Assembly (NCBI RefSeq): GCF_036321535.1 | Contig: NC_087438.1 | Coordinates: 2,420,001-2,484,000, forward strand | Length of the DNA stretch: 64,000 nt | Origin: Camelus dromedarius | Lineage: Eukaryota | Reading direction: 5' to 3' | The notes under the pieces: generated by a model | Database searches by the model: none | Told to the model about the DNA's origin: nothing | Seen by the model: only the letters and a program-made list of their open reading frames with translations | Part shown: one piece after another, positions 12,005-25,580 of the stretch | Position numbering within the stretch: the first letter of the stretch is position 1 | Layout: the number at the start of each line of letters is the position of its first letter | Position numbers and translations under genes: made by a program

Positions 12005-12492
12005 CTCACCACACCTGCATCCGTGCCTGTATCGAGACCTAGCGCTGTGTCTGTGTCTAATGCTCTGTGTACCCACCGAGGTACACACTGACGCTAGCAT
12101 CGGAGTCCAGCTCAGACCAAGAGCTGTGTGTGTCTGCATCTGCCTGCACCCACGTCTGTATGATGTTATTTGTACTGATGTCTTCTCTGTATTGGCATCT
12201 GCATCTGTGTCTGTCTGCACCACTACATCCATATCGGTATCTATGCCATATCGTATCTGCTCCTGTGCGTGTGTCAGTGCGTCTGTATCTACCCATGTAT
12301 CATCCATGCCTTTACCTGCACGTGCAACCACACCTGCACCTCCACCTCCACCTCCATCTCCACCTACGCTTACACCACATCTCCACCTACGTCTACATCT
12401 GCACCTGCCCCTGCCTCTACATCCGCACCCACATCGACACCTCCACCTGAACCTGCGTCCGCATCCACACCCACACCTGCATCTGCATATGC
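12005..12492. repeat. Degenerate hexamer tandem array
   Basis: Period-6 units such as ctgtgt, ctgcat, gtatct, cacctc, acctgc and atccac run throughout. Confidence 0.85.
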
Positions 12493-15474
12493 AGTAGCTT
12501 TACAAACTTTATGTTCATAAAAGTTAAGGCCAAGGAAAAAGATTGATTTCTTTTTAACAACTGGCTCTTTAAGAGGTTTATTTCCCCTCTCAATACTGAT
12601 TTTAAGAAAAATAGAATCCTCTAAAGGCATGGGATTTCTGAGACAGGAAAATCATAATCCTGCTCTTCCCAGCTGTCTGTGGCACTGCTTGTACCCACAT
12701 GTGCATTTGGGGTGGGATGCCAGCATGTGCCAGCCTTGCATCTTGGGGGTTACTGAGCAGCCCTGCCTCCACAGACAGGAGATCACTGCTCTGACTGCCC
12801 CACGCCCTGACTTTCCATCGTGTTAAAAAGTCTCTGTCATATATGGAGGGTTGGGAATTCTGTGTCCAGGAGATACTATGGAGCTTCAAAATGCATTCAA
12901 AATCTGCAGAACATCACCAAAAAGGGAAAGCAGAACTTGGGGAGACACTGAGACATTTTCAGAGTTTCTGTGGGAATTTTAGGTGGCAAAATTACTTATA
13001 TCCCTCTGTCTACCCGGACACTCCTCCAGGAGGGTTAACCTCATTTCTTCCTTGCCCCCCCCCAAATCAGGATCAGTTCTGCCAGTCATTCACTGCTGGA
13101 CTTGGGGAACACGTGTGTGACGTGATCGGCGGTGTTTGGAACCAGTGTTTTCTGGGACTAGGAGGGCACAGATGGCCACCTAGTCAGTCAGCCATCAGCC
13201 CAGGGGCACCTCCCACCTTCATCAGGCAGAAAGGCTCTTAAATTGAATAATTGTCATTTTCCAGCTCTGAGTGTGGCCAGAAATCACTAAAAACCTCATT
13301 TAAACTTTCCATTCTCATTCTCAAGCAAATTTACCGCAGAGGTCAGTCCTTTTGCAAGATTACCAGAGAGAATTCTTCATCAGAACAGGGGTATTTTTCT
13401 CCATTGTGGAGCCAACAGCCTTCCATCAATTTTTCTCGTCATCTCACTCATCTTATTACGACCTTCATGGGATAAAAGAAGTAAGGCTCTAACTCTTTTT
13501 TTTTTCCTGCAAACGGTGCCTCCCTGTGTGTGATGTGGTTAATATTGATTATAAATTGCAGTCAACTCAGCCAGCCCTGCTCATCCGCTGCGCCCCTTCC
13601 CCCACCCCGAGTCCACTCCCGGCCTTTCCCCAGCTGTGAAATGCTACTTTGGATATTTCTTCTCTTAAAATGGAATCACCACTTCTAATTGTATTTCTTC
13701 AGAGCCCCAAACCGCTGAGGTGACTTTGTGTCAGTGACCACATCCAGAGGCGGAATCCAGTGGGCACTCCCCGCCGCTGGCAGCAATTCCTGGTGATCTA
13801 ATTTACCAGCCACTACAGATCATCCCCTGCACGGGCTCCGGGTCCCCTCGGGTTACTGACTCGGAGGTCAGTAGAAGGAGAAGCAAGACTGGGGGTCACC
13901 TGCTCCTTTTTGATTTGTATTCTCTTTCGTACACAATTTTAAGAAACGTGCAGGTTTGATCTAAGATGTAACATTTCTTACTGAGTTTGTGTACAGATGT
14001 GCAGAATATGGGAGTGAATGAGAACACTGACATTCGTGGCCTCCTTTTCTTTTACAAGCGTTTCCGGTGATGCTAAAGTCAACTTTGGTCACTGGGGTTT
14101 TTAATGTGCCTTTAAGAATCCCGATCACCATTAGCTCACTGAAGCTGATTTGATTGTAGGGACATTATTCCTGAGGCTACAGATACAGGCTCTTCCCATC
14201 CAGCTGACTTTAGCATAAAAATAAAATTGAATCATAAGCAATGAAATTTTATCTCTTCAACTCTCTCCATTCGCCACTGGAGCTCATAATGCTCACTTTT
14301 ACTCTTTCTCCCTAAATAGCATGAAATAGATGGAACTGAAATTAACATACCTCCAAGATGATTAGGTCACAAAAACATTTTAATAAATTTACTTGTACGG
14401 CGCCTGTTCTTTCCTACCTGTATAGTGAGCTTGGCACTAGACTCTTTTGCTTATTATTAAATTATGGTAAAAGGGGGAGTGGTCTATTTCAGTAAAAAAT
14501 AACTAACCAAAAAAACAAAGGAAGGCAGCGTGAAAGAATAGCAGAAGACAGTTATTGCAACGACATCAGAGCTGAGACTGAGGAGCTGTTCTCGTCCGTC
14601 GACCCCTCACGCTGGGCTAAGTCCTCTGCGAGGTGCTCCTGGCACAGGCCGGTTCTGGCTGATAATCTTTGTTTGACGCTGAGGAAGAGAGGGTGATTTG
14701 GCATGAAGAGCTGAGGATCGTCTGTTGACATCGGCCGAAGATGGACAGGGTCACGTGGGGTGCGGCGGGAAAGGGAGGGCGTTCCAGCAGAGGCATGAGG
14801 GAAGGGCATTTCCGGGGAGGCTCAGGGTCTGCGGAGGAGAGTGGGGACTGGGCAGGACAGAGGGTGAACGCAAAGTCAGGAAGGTTGGGCGGTCCTTGCA
14901 GCCTCCGGGCATGGACCGTGGCCTCCAGCTGGCACAGGGCAAGGCTCCGGGAGGCCTGGGCGCCCAGAATCGAGGGCTCTCTGCAGGCCCAAGTGTGCAG
15001 GAGCCAGTGCTCCTGGAACCTCTCCTCGGGTGGGAGCTTAGGCATCGAGCTGCCTGTCACAGCGTCTCAGGCAACCCCCGTGAGTTAAAGAAGGAGGGAG
15101 AGATGTGAGGGGTGGGAGGTTAGAGCAGACGTGCCAGGTTGATCGACTGAACATGAGCAAGGGGAGGGGCTTGCCTGTGTCTCTTCAAGGCCCAGGTAGA
15201 GGAAGACGGGGACCCCAGGCCGGGCGGCTTGGTGTGGTGGAGCCTCTGACGGGGGGAGTCCTTGTTCCCAGAGGTGAGTGTTCAGGAACGCCCACATGGG
15301 CACCGAGCAGGTGGTGCAGGAACTAGTTGGGAGTTGCTTGGAATTTTGTCCTTCCTCCATGATTTTCCACCTTGTGGGGCAGAGCAGAGCCTGTTGGAAT
15401 GACTCATTATGTCACTATATTGATCCAAACGCCCAACAAACAACACTTTCTCGTAATAGAAACTGCTTTCTCTT

Positions 15475-16441
15475 TATCTTTTTTAATTTTATTTTTTGTT
15501 GAAGTGTAGTTGATTTACAGTGTTAGTTTCAGGTGTACAGCAAAGCGATTCAGCTATACATATGTACATACACATTTTCTTCTCAGTCTTTTCCACTGTA
15601 TGTTATTATAAGAAACTGAACACAGTTCCCTGTGCTCTACATGAGGGCCTTGCTGTTCATCTCTTTTACAAGTAGTCGTTTAATCTCAAATTCCTAGTTT
15701 ATCCCTCCCCACCCTTTACCCTTTGGTAACCATAGTTTGTTTTCTATGTCTGTGAGAATTGTTTGGGTTTGTAAATAGAATTTGCATCATTTTTTTTTAG
15801 GTTCCACATATAAGTGATATCATATGATATTTGTCTTTCTCTGTCTGACTTAGTGTAATCATCTCTAGGTCCACCCACATTGCTGCAAATGGCATTATTT
15901 CATTCTTTTCTATGGCTGAGTAGTATTCCATTGTGTATATATGTGTGTGTATGTGTGTATAAATACACCACAACTTCTTTATCCAGTCATCTGTCAATGA
16001 ACACTTAGGTTGTTTCCATGTCTTGGCTGTTGTACATGGTGCTGCTATGAAACTTGGGGTTCATGTATCCTTTATTATAATTTTCTCTGGATATATGCCC
16101 AGGAGTGGGATTGCTGGATCATATGGTGAGTCTATATTTCAGTTTTTTACTTCATAGTAGCGTTTTAGGAACATGTCCATTTCATCTAGGTTGCCCTATT
16201 TGTTAGCATATAATTGTTCACAGCATCTCCTTTTTTACTTTTTCGTATTTCTGTTGTATTGGTTGTAATTTCTCCTCTTTCATTTCTTATTTGTTTGCTT
16301 GTGCCCTCTCTCTTTTCTTCTTGGTGAGCCTGGCCAGAGGTTTATGAATTTTGTTTACTTTTTCAAAAAAAACAGCTCTCGGCTTTATTGATTTTTTTTC
16401 TTTTCCTTTTTCTACTTCTTCTTCTTTTTTTTAATCTAAAG
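15475..16441 (-). mobile_element. L1 insertion: 3' UTR/ORF2 end joined to an upstream ORF2 piece
   Basis: T-rich left end and L1 3' UTR/ORF2 C-terminus to ~16150 (minus ORF DWIKKLWCIYT...MEYYSAI), then ccatttcatctaggttg...ggtgagcctggccagagg from further upstream in ORF2. TSD tgctttctctt at 15464-15474 and 16442-16452. Confidence 0.85.
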
Positions 16442-19105
16442 TGCTTTCTCTTATAAGAAGCAAAAGCACATCTCTGTTTTGGGGTCTACTGGGAACAACT
16501 CTGACAGGCTCAGGGGCTTTAGGAAAGGCTACGAGTTCTGGAAGCCAGGAGCCATGCTGGCCTCGCAGATGGGAGGGCTTTGCGCTTTGTATGCTCTTTA
16601 GACAGCTTTTCCAGAAAGCGGCTTTGAATTTTGGGTAAAATTGTGCAGATCATAGGAGCTTAGAGTGAGGGAGTCACCTCTAGGGCCGTCTGGCTGGGCC
16701 ACGTTATGTTATGGCCACAGAGTTCGTTGGTGGCCAAGGGGCAGCTCCTGCCTGGGCAGGTACCCAGCCATCCTCTGATCCTGGCCACAGGGAGAGATCC
16801 GTCCACTTTTGCCGGAGCTGAAGGTCAGTGGCATTTTCCTGAATGTGTTTCTGATCAAGGTTCCTGTGGTACCTTCTGCTGAGTCATGGATTCTGAAGCA
16901 AGAGTTACTACCCACCAACTTCTGAGAAGGTTCTGGAACCTACAGAGAGGGGCTGACCTGCACTCCCAGGCCTGCCCGTGTCCTCCCTGGAGCACGAGTG
17001 CCTACATGTGTCCAGGGGCAGAGGTAAGAGCCGCCCTCACCATTAGCATGAAGCGCTGGTCAGAAGGACCCTCGGCAGAGCCGTGTGCCTGGGCCACTGC
17101 CTCCCCAGGCCGCCAGGTTTCCAGGCACAGCACTGAGACCCCTGGTGGGCCCACAACCCTTGGGAGTCTGGTAGGACACCTGCACTCTCAGGGGCCCCAG
17201 ACGGCTCAAAACCCGAGCCCACTGAGGGAGCGGGAAGGACCATTTTCACCTCCTGGGAGCCAATTCTCCCCGTAGACAAAGGAGCCTTTGCTCCCAGGGA
17301 CGTCTGGGGACCCATCCCACTCACTACAGTCGGATTCCAGGGAAGCCTGTGCTCCCAGTGAGCTGCTGGTCTGAGTGTGTTTGGGAGGTAAATCAGTGCT
17401 TATTTCATTTGGTTTCTAAATAACCCCCAAGAAGCCAGGTGGTGACAAGTGGTAGACAAGCTTAAAGGGGGTTATTTCCGTAAAAGGCGAAGTGCTACGT
17501 GGAACTATGTGTTTTAACTTGTGTGGCTGTGAAAATACCTGATGACCCTAAGTTGACCCACCAAGCATTTCTTTGGCTGTTTTTTTTTTTTTTTTTTCCA
17601 AAGTGAATACTTAAAATCTGTAGTCTGGCTGGAAAAAGTAGCTACAACTAGACCTCGGAGACTGACCATCATTATGGGAAAACATCCCAGTTGAAAAAAT
17701 ATATGTGGTCAGTTATATAAAGCATTTTATTCTATACAGCTATATAAACTCTTTGCAATATGTGAGAAAAAATAATTTCTCATAAGCAGATTTTGCTAAT
17801 TGCATTACTGATTTAGTATTGTTTTTCTTAACGTGGCATCTGAGGTGGGGGAGGGACTCTGATTACATTTTTAATAAGGAAATTTGAGTTGACTATTATA
17901 AGATAAAAGGTTATAATTAAGACCCTCAGTGTATGAAAAATACAAACTTTTGAAATGACTGAGAATATCAGGACAAAACAGCACAGTCCCTGGGCGCTCT
18001 GCTCCCAGAGAGGGAGGTGGGGTTTCTGGCTGGAGACCCCCAGGGGCACTTACTCAAGCCCCCTCTAGAATCCCAATGTGAGATACTGGCTCAGATGGAT
18101 GCAAAATTAAAAGGAGTCGTTGCGTCAGGATCTGCCGTTGTCTCCTCTCATATTCTCCTAATAGCCCCCCTTTCCTTTAAATGTCATCTCCACCAGCACT
18201 GAGACCCTGCCCTCTCGCCTTCAGCTGCACTCCATCGACAGTGACCTCCATCTTGTTGACATCAATGTCTGCACGGATGGCTCTGTCTTCTTGTTCTTTG
18301 TTTTCCCGCCTTCAGTAATCCAGTTCCCTCCCTCCAGCTGGCATTCCTAAGAAAGGCATTAGCCACCCACCTCACCAGCATCTTTCTAGAAGACCCTTCA
18401 GGTAGCCACGCTCCAAAAAATCTACAGTCCTACCATCCTCCCCTCCACCAGAGAGCTAGTTCTGAGGGTCTGGCTCCCGGTCCCCATCAGACAGGGACAC
18501 ACGACTCTCCCTTAGAGAGGTTTCCCTGACCATGGAATCTCACCATCACCTGGCTGAATTCTATTCCCATCCTGCTTTGCTTTTGTTCATCGAATGTGTG
18601 ACAGAGCACATCACATCTCATCACACATGTGTACCTGACGTTCTCTAAGTGTTTCCCTAAAATGCAAGAAGCCTTGTCTCTGTATTCTCTGTCCCTAAGA
18701 CAGCTCCCAGCACAGGAACGACAGATTCCATAAAGGACCTGCACGGCACCCAGCATGCCATTGGTGATTAACACTGTCCATTTTCTTATTTTTATTTTGT
18801 GAAAGTTGGCCATCTAGAAAAAGAACTGCTTGAGTTACATAGAAAAACAAATTATTTCCTATAGAAAAATCCATACAGAGTTTTTACAGTGCAGCTCAGC
18901 CCTCTGAGCTGCGTGCCTGGTGGACAATGTGGATTCATATTGGACTCAGTACCATGCCAAGTGGGCACTTCCACATACGAGTGGAAATGTCCATTTTCCC
19001 TATTTGTAAATTGTGTAAAGTTAACTCCATAAAGGATAATTAAGGTGGATGTCTAAGGATACATGTCACTGTAGGAGGTTAGAGCCAGATATTGATCATG
19101 AGGAC

Positions 19106-19466
19106 TGCAATGCACTGAAGCTTTGTCTCCCTTGAATTCAAGTGTTGAAACCCTAATCTCCAGCATGATGAGATTTACAGGTGGGACCTTGGGGTGGTGA
19201 TGAGGTCATGAGGGTGGGGCCCTCATGATAGGATTAGTGCCCTTAAAGAAGAGACAGGAGAGCGTGTTTCTCCTCTCTGCTTTCTGCTCTGTGAGGACAC
19301 GTGAGAAGGTGACCAGTGAACTAGGAAGAGGGCTCTCTCTGGACACGACCAGGCTGCCCTGATTTCAGACCTTCAGCCTGCAGGACAGTCTGAAATAAAT
19401 GCCTCCATTATTTAACCCACCTCCTTGGTGGCGCTTCATGATAGCAGCCTGAGCAGACCAAGCAGA
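19106..19466 (+). mobile_element. MaLR LTR, MLT1A0-like
   Basis: gttgaaaccctaatctcca...ggtcatgagggtggggccctcatgataggattagtgccctt...gaaataaatg...atagcagcctgagcagac. Confidence 0.9.
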
Positions 19467-19714
19467 AGGCCATGCATATTCAGAATCTGGGCAGTGGGAT
19501 GCGTGGCTTCCCGAGGTCTCCCCGGACATTGATGAATGATCCTGGTTTAAGGTTAAGTGGAATTTACTCTAAGTGACTTTCCCAGGAAACAATAACATCC
19601 CTTATCTGATTCTTCCCTTCCCTCTTGGCTAATGAGGTAAACGAGTGGCATCATTTGTTATTATGAATTAAGAGACTCAAGCGTGTTTAATAAATGATGT
19701 GACCCGCACTGCAT

Positions 19715-20720
19715 GTGCCCTCTAGCCCAGGCCTCTTATCTTAGCTCTGGAATTACACATCTAATTGTTGTCTATTTTGCGTATTCCCTCAGACTTTGAA
19801 TTTTCACGGGCATTTCAGGCGTCATGTGTGCAGGACTGAACTTAAGATCTTCTCTGAGACAAGCCCTTCCCCGCCCGCAGCTCCCCACAGCTTTCTGAAG
19901 GGCATGTCTGTGCACTCAGTTGCCCAGGGCAGAACCAAGGGTCCCTCCTTGAAATGTCCCTTCGCCTTGGCCTGGCCTTCAGTCCGTCTCCGGGTGGGTT
20001 TTCCGCCACTGCTGCCTCCCTGATTCACCACCCACTGCCTTCCTCACCACAGCCCACAGCCGGCTTTGACCTTGTCCGTGGTATTTCCTTTGTGGGAGAA
20101 GAAATGAACTTTCAGGTCTTATAAATATTAAAATTAGAAGATACCGCTCCAGTACATTGCACCTTCAATTAATCCTCACTCCACGCTAATGAAGTGGAGA
20201 ACTTTCCATGGCCAGCCAGACCCGAGGGCTCGGGCCAGCTCCTCTCCCCTCTGTGCCTTATTTTTTCACTGTGTCAGTTTCCTTGAGTTTCACCAGAGCT
20301 GTCTTCATTCAGTTTCCTAAAAATGTTAAACCTTTCTCTAATGAAGGCACCCCCCACACTCTTTCTTCTGCCTGGGGCACCCTGTCTCCCAAGCCTCCAG
20401 GTCTGAATTTAAACCTTACTTCCACCACTCACCCCAGAGCTAGCTCAGCCCTGTCCCTGACGCTTTGCAAATATTACATGTCTTTTATAAGATGTTTTCA
20501 TGATGCCCCATTATTTCCTTCATAATACTGATCTAACAATGTGGGGACTTATGTGTATAATGTCTGTGCCTCCATGAGCTTGAAAGTGCATGAATTTACT
20601 GCCGTATGTATACCCAGCCCAATGCCTGAAACTAGAGGCCACTCAAAAGGTGGTTGGATGGATGGATGGATGGATGGATGGAAGGATGGGTAGATGGAAG
20701 GATGGGTGCATAGATGGATA
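19715..20720 (+). mobile_element. L2 3' fragment(s) ending in a (TGGA)n tail
   Basis: ctctagcccaggcctct...ggactgaactt...cactcagttgcccagggcagaacc resembles L2. The 3' end tatacccagcccaatgcctg...actcaaaaggtggttggatggatgg runs into a TGGA microsatellite (~20655-20720). Confidence 0.65.
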
Positions 20721-21106
20721 GAGAAACCCTGAGGGGGATTTTTGAACATTTAGGGAAAAAAAAATTTTAGATCATCCAAAGGAAATCCAATTTAGCCAAC
20801 TGGAAAACAAGAGAAAGTTAATAACTCTTAGCTCAGTTAATCTAGATTTACTCCTTGTTCCTTAAAAAAATGATCTTTCAGTTTATTTTTTGTGCAAATA
20901 AGAATTGCTTCTTGGAAGCTCAACAGTATATATTTTTTTCAGGACTAGCGTAAGAAAACCCAAGGGCACAATTACTTTGAAAACACAATTTTTCTTTAAT
21001 AAATACCTCTCCGCAGGTGCTGATTTGGGCCTATAATGCAAGCACGCAGGACCTTCCCCTCCCCGGCTGATACTGAAGGGTCGCGTTGATTGCAGAAAGC
21101 CGGCCT

Positions 21107-21136
21107 CCGCCTGTCCCCGCCTGTCCCCGCCTGTCC
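21107..21136. repeat. 10-bp tandem repeat, 3 copies (ccgcctgtcc)
   Basis: Three exact copies read directly from the sequence. Confidence 0.95.
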
Positions 21137-21959
21137 GTGTGCGGCAAGTACTCGGCTGCCCCGCTCCTCCCCCGCATTATCGCGCCAGCCACAGTTCAGG
21201 GCCTTATCACCTGCTTCGACTTGCCATGTTTTCATCTCTCACTTAGACGTATTTTTTTTCCCTTGGATGATAGTAAAGGGCATCTCAGGCACCCTTACCT
21301 CTCATAGTGAACCGTGAATTTGTCGTGGTGGATTAGATTAATCAAAATGTCCTTAGAAGAAAAATCTCCATGTGTGCTTCCCAAACCCAAACAATTTCTG
21401 TCACGTTTTTATAGAGACACTACTTTCTCCAGTCCATCTCTCACGCTGTTTTCATATATCTCGTGCAGCTGAAGGGGCATTTATCTCAGCCCTTGGTGGC
21501 CTGAATTTAAGCTACTGCTTAAATTTCTACCTAAGCTGTAAAGGCAAGGATTAGAAAAAATACCATCAGGAGTGGAGGATGCAAGGTTTAAACTACTTGT
21601 TTTCAGTAGAACAAAACTTGACAGCACTCTCACTGCCTTCAAACCTTTTAAAATAATATATTTGGAAAATTTAATAAAAGTTTATTGGAATAATAGGTGG
21701 CATTATAAAACTAAAACACTGGCATCAAAAGAGTTTACCAAAAATGCATCCAAATGAATGCATATCTTTGAGTGTTTTCATTATTCCTTTGATCCTCACC
21801 CACTTCCTTTATCAAAAAAAGAAAAAGAAAGAGAATTAAACACTAGAATAATATATGAAAAACAACTTTAAAGATATTTCTTATTAGCCAAAAAAGATAT
21901 TTCTATGTTCTCTGTCAAAATTCATAGTCTTATATTTACATTTTATTTTAGCATTTGAA

Positions 21960-22680
21960 AGTGTTATCTTTTTTTAAATAAAAATAATCTTCCTACTTCA
22001 AATAAAATAGATATTTATTATAAAAATAGGGAAATAGTTATAAAAATATGTAAAGTCACCCACAATCCTCCTCTCAAAAATGGGATTATAGTGTAATATA
22101 TTTTATCATTTTTCACTTAAAAGTGAATGTTTTCCTATGCTTAAAGTCTTTCGTAATGACCTTAAAATTTATACTCTATCCTTTAGTAAATAATTAGCTT
22201 GTTTTAATTTCCTGTTTTTTATAACAACAACGAGATGGACATCTTTGTAGCTATAGCTGTGCCAGGTTTAAGTAGCTTCTCATGAAAATTCCCAGAAGCA
22301 AAATTGTTTGGACAATAGTATTTATATTTTTTAAGAAATGTGATGTATCTATAACCAGATCGTCTTCCAGAAAGGGTGTCCTAATGTGTACATCTAACTA
22401 CCGGGAATGAGGGTTCCCCAGTTTTCTCTCAACCTCATCGCCAGTGGGAATTAGAACTTCTAAAAGCTCCAGTGGTTTGATGGGAGAAAAAGTGGAAGTG
22501 AAATGTTATTTTAAATGCTGGTACTTTTTCTTTCATGAGATAATTGGCTATTTCAATATTACCTGTTAGTTGTCTCTTTATGTTATGTACCATTTTGTTT
22601 CTGCATCGTGGATGTTGACTAAAAGTAAGAACACTGTTAACGTTACCGTGACGAACGCTTTCCCTCTGACGTATTACGAA
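21960..22680 (-). mobile_element. Ancient L1 (L1ME-like) fragment
   Basis: aaattcccagaagcaaaattgtttggac...ccagatcgtcttccagaaagggtgt...atgagggttcccca matches the antisense L1ME ORF2 end and 3' UTR. Confidence 0.6.
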
Positions 22681-23149
22681 CATCTAAGTAAGTGCGTGGA
22701 CCGTCAGCTACAGCCACGGCAGAGAAGCTGGTATTAGACTTCGTCTGTGGAAATTGGTAGCCATAAAATCAGAGACATTTTCATGAGACCGCTGTGGTCA
22801 GTCATGAGTATCACCAGCGTGGGGCTACAGTATTTGAGCACTGCTTTCTCCCTGAGGACATCTTCCAAAATCCTGTTGAAAGGGACAGAAGAGCAGCAGT
22901 CCCAGAGGACGGTGTGAACACAGAGTGCAGCTGGGAAGTCCCAGGCGACTGGGGTTTGAGGGGTGGGCTACTAGAAATGAAGGCACCACAGAGAGGGATC
23001 CCAAAAACCTGCTTAAGAGTTCTTCCTGGGTCTTTGGTCAACCCGAAAGCTGCACACGTGCAGGCAAGTTTCCAGAAGATCTGGCACAAACAGCTGCTGG
23101 AAGGCTGAGGGCTAAGTGGACACCTCAGTCCCAGAGAGAAGTTAGAAGG

Positions 23150-23732
23150 TGCCTTGCCAGAGCAGAGAAACCCCTGAACTGATGCAAGAAAGGCTATGAC
23201 CTGGGAGTTCAGCCACAAACAATCCTGAGTTCTCTGCCTTCAGGGTAAAGGCAAAACTAAAGCAGATCCACTGTAGTCAGGGGATCTTTGTGACCTGCTG
23301 TGATCTAACTGAAGACAAAAACACAATCTACTGTTCCTCTTAGGAGAAAATAAAAAACACAACAACCAACCAAACAAAAACCTCAGCATCTAAGATATTT
23401 CATCCACAGCCTCTTGCACATGATCAGAGGTCATCAGACAAATGGGCGGGATAAGGTGTTTGATCACAAACAGACAAAACCACCAACAGAAGCAGGCCCA
23501 AGATGATCGAGATATTGGAGCAGGCACTCAGACAAGGACTTCAAAGCAAGTATAATTAACATTAAAGATGATGGAAAAATGGATGAAAAGATGAGGAGTA
23601 TCAAAAGGGAATTAAAATAGATACAATGAGTCAGGTGGGAACTTTAGAAGTGTCAGGTACAATACCTAAAATTAAAAAGAACTCAGTGGATGAGTTGAAC
23701 GGCAGGCCGGGCATAGGAGAAAACAGAATTTA
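23150..23732 (+). mobile_element. Ancient L1 5' region / ORF1 remnant
   Basis: cagacaaggacttcaaagcaagtataattaac. The translation KIKKNSVDELNGRPGIGENRI resembles the L1 ORF1 coiled coil (EIKNSLDGLNSRLDTAEERI). Left boundary is approximate. Confidence 0.6.
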
Positions 23733-23981
23733 TGGGGCAGGGGGTGGGAGGGGACAGACTGGGAGTTTGAAATTTGTAGATACTGACAGGCATATGCAGA
23801 ATAGATAAACAAGATCACACTGTATAGCACAGGGGAATATATACAAGATCTTGTGGTAGCTCACAGAGAAAAAACTGTGACGATGAATACATGTATGTTC
23901 ATGTATAACTGAAAAATTGTGCTCTACAATGGAATCTGACACAACATTGTAAACTGACTATAACTCAATAATAAAAAAAAA
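23733..23981 (+). mobile_element. Young lineage-specific L1 3' tail
   Basis: gacagactgggagtttgaaatttgtag...gtgctctac...ctataactcaataa plus A tail. Same family as the copies at 45157 and 51305. Confidence 0.9.
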
Positions 23982-24651
23982 TACCCTAGAGGTGGTATGC
24001 ATGGGGAAATGGTCTCCCATACATAGAACCAGATACTGTGTGTGTGCGTGAGAGGGAGAGACAGACAGACAGAGACAGAGAAGGAGCTCTAACAAGCTGT
24101 CTTCTGGTTTCTTTTTTTGTCAGTGTTTCTGTCAGCTGTCTTTTTCTGAGAATACTTCTTTTGAAATATCTCTGCACATGTGGCATCTGGAAAATCCTGG
24201 CGGCAATGTAGTGTAGAGGGACAGCTTCCTATCATCTGAAAATGTACGTCTCGCTGATACAAGCCTAGCTGTGTGGGCTCCCGGTGGCTCTCTTGGCCAC
24301 ACTCATGGGCTTTCTTCGATCTGCAGGAGGGTGCTACCCAGATAACTCTCACTGTTAAACTGGTCAGAGGACGCTTCCAGGATTGCTCCACATTGAATAT
24401 CAGACACAATTGCCGTGAGTGGAGGTATTTCTTTGTAAGATTGAGACCAGGTTAGATTTCACATTCCTGGCTCTCTACTTCTCTGCTTAACTCCTAGTTT
24501 TCTCCCATTGGCTCATTCTGGGCTTTCTCCCTTGAGGTTTGCAGCATACATTATATCTGTGCCCTTTCTTCCTGCAGATAGAATCCACGTTCTGTGTCAG
24601 CTGCTTCGTAGCACATTTCCTTAGAACACAGTGATCGGGTCATACACAACA

Positions 24652-24995
24652 CAGCTGACCTTCCACATCCATGGGTTTTGCATCTGCATTTCAACCAATT
24701 GCAGATCAAAAATTTTGGAAAACAATCTATAAAGTTTCAAAAAGGAAAATTTGAATTTGCCCTTTGCCGGCAGCTGTTTCCGTAGCATGTGCGTTGTATT
24801 CACAACTATTTAGGTAACACTGACTCAGCATCAGGCATCTGAAGCAACCTAGGGGTGACGTAAAGTACACAGGGGGATGTGCCCCAGTTATATGCAAATG
24901 CTGTGCCATTTTATGTAAAAGACTTGACCGTCTGCAGATCTGGGTATCCCCAGGGCTCCCGGAACCCCACCACCATGGATACCAAGGGACAACTG
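24652..24995 (-). mobile_element. MER2B-like Tigger-derived DNA transposon
   Basis: Imperfect terminal inverted repeats cagctgaccttccacatccatgg / ccatggataccaagggacaactg. Internal gttatatgcaaat...gccattttatgtaa and aatttgaatttgcc are typical of MER2B. Confidence 0.85.
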
Positions 24996-25199
24996 TGATC
25001 ACTTTGCTCAACTAATGGTAATGAATGCGTACAATATGACAAGTGCTGTGTTGTAGTCAAGAAAATGCTCCAGTTAAATTCTACATTAATTTTTCATCTA
25101 CCAAGTTTTCTTTAAACAGCTCTTTGATAGGCCACTCTTAGTAAATGCTTGGTAGTTTTAGAGGCACATATCCTGACAACTTCTCAGAATCAAAATGAT

Positions 25200-25580
25200 A
25201 CGTTGTGGGGGACAGCTCTCTGCCTCCCAGTAGGAAGACTCTTTGTCGGGGGGTAATGAGTGCATCTTTTTCCCAACCTGGTGATGGTCGCCAAGAGCAT
25301 GGTGGTGGTCACATGACCTGAGCTCAGCCAATGAGATGCCATCCTGTGAATTTGCACATGAGCTAGAGGTGCCAGGGCTGAGAGGAGCTGAGGGCTGCAC
25401 ATCGCAGGGGTGCAGGGATCCAGGTATTTCTGGCTCTAAGAGTGTGTTTGGAGTTCCTGCATTCCCATTGGTGGAGCAGTGGTGAAATCTCTGAGCTAAT
25501 CCCCAGTATCTTTACTATAAAGTCCCTTTGCTCATTTTGGACATTCAGTCTCCGTTATTTTCAGACAAGAAACCTTAGGA
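25200..25580 (+). mobile_element. Old MaLR LTR remnant (MLT1 family)
   Basis: Core ggtggtcacatgacctgagctcagccaatgagatg. Heavily diverged, boundaries approximate. Confidence 0.45.

Noticed and set aside
11988..12497. 169-aa Pro/His-rich ORF and overlapping ORFs
   Set aside because: They arise from the period-6 simple repeat, and several frames on both strands are open.
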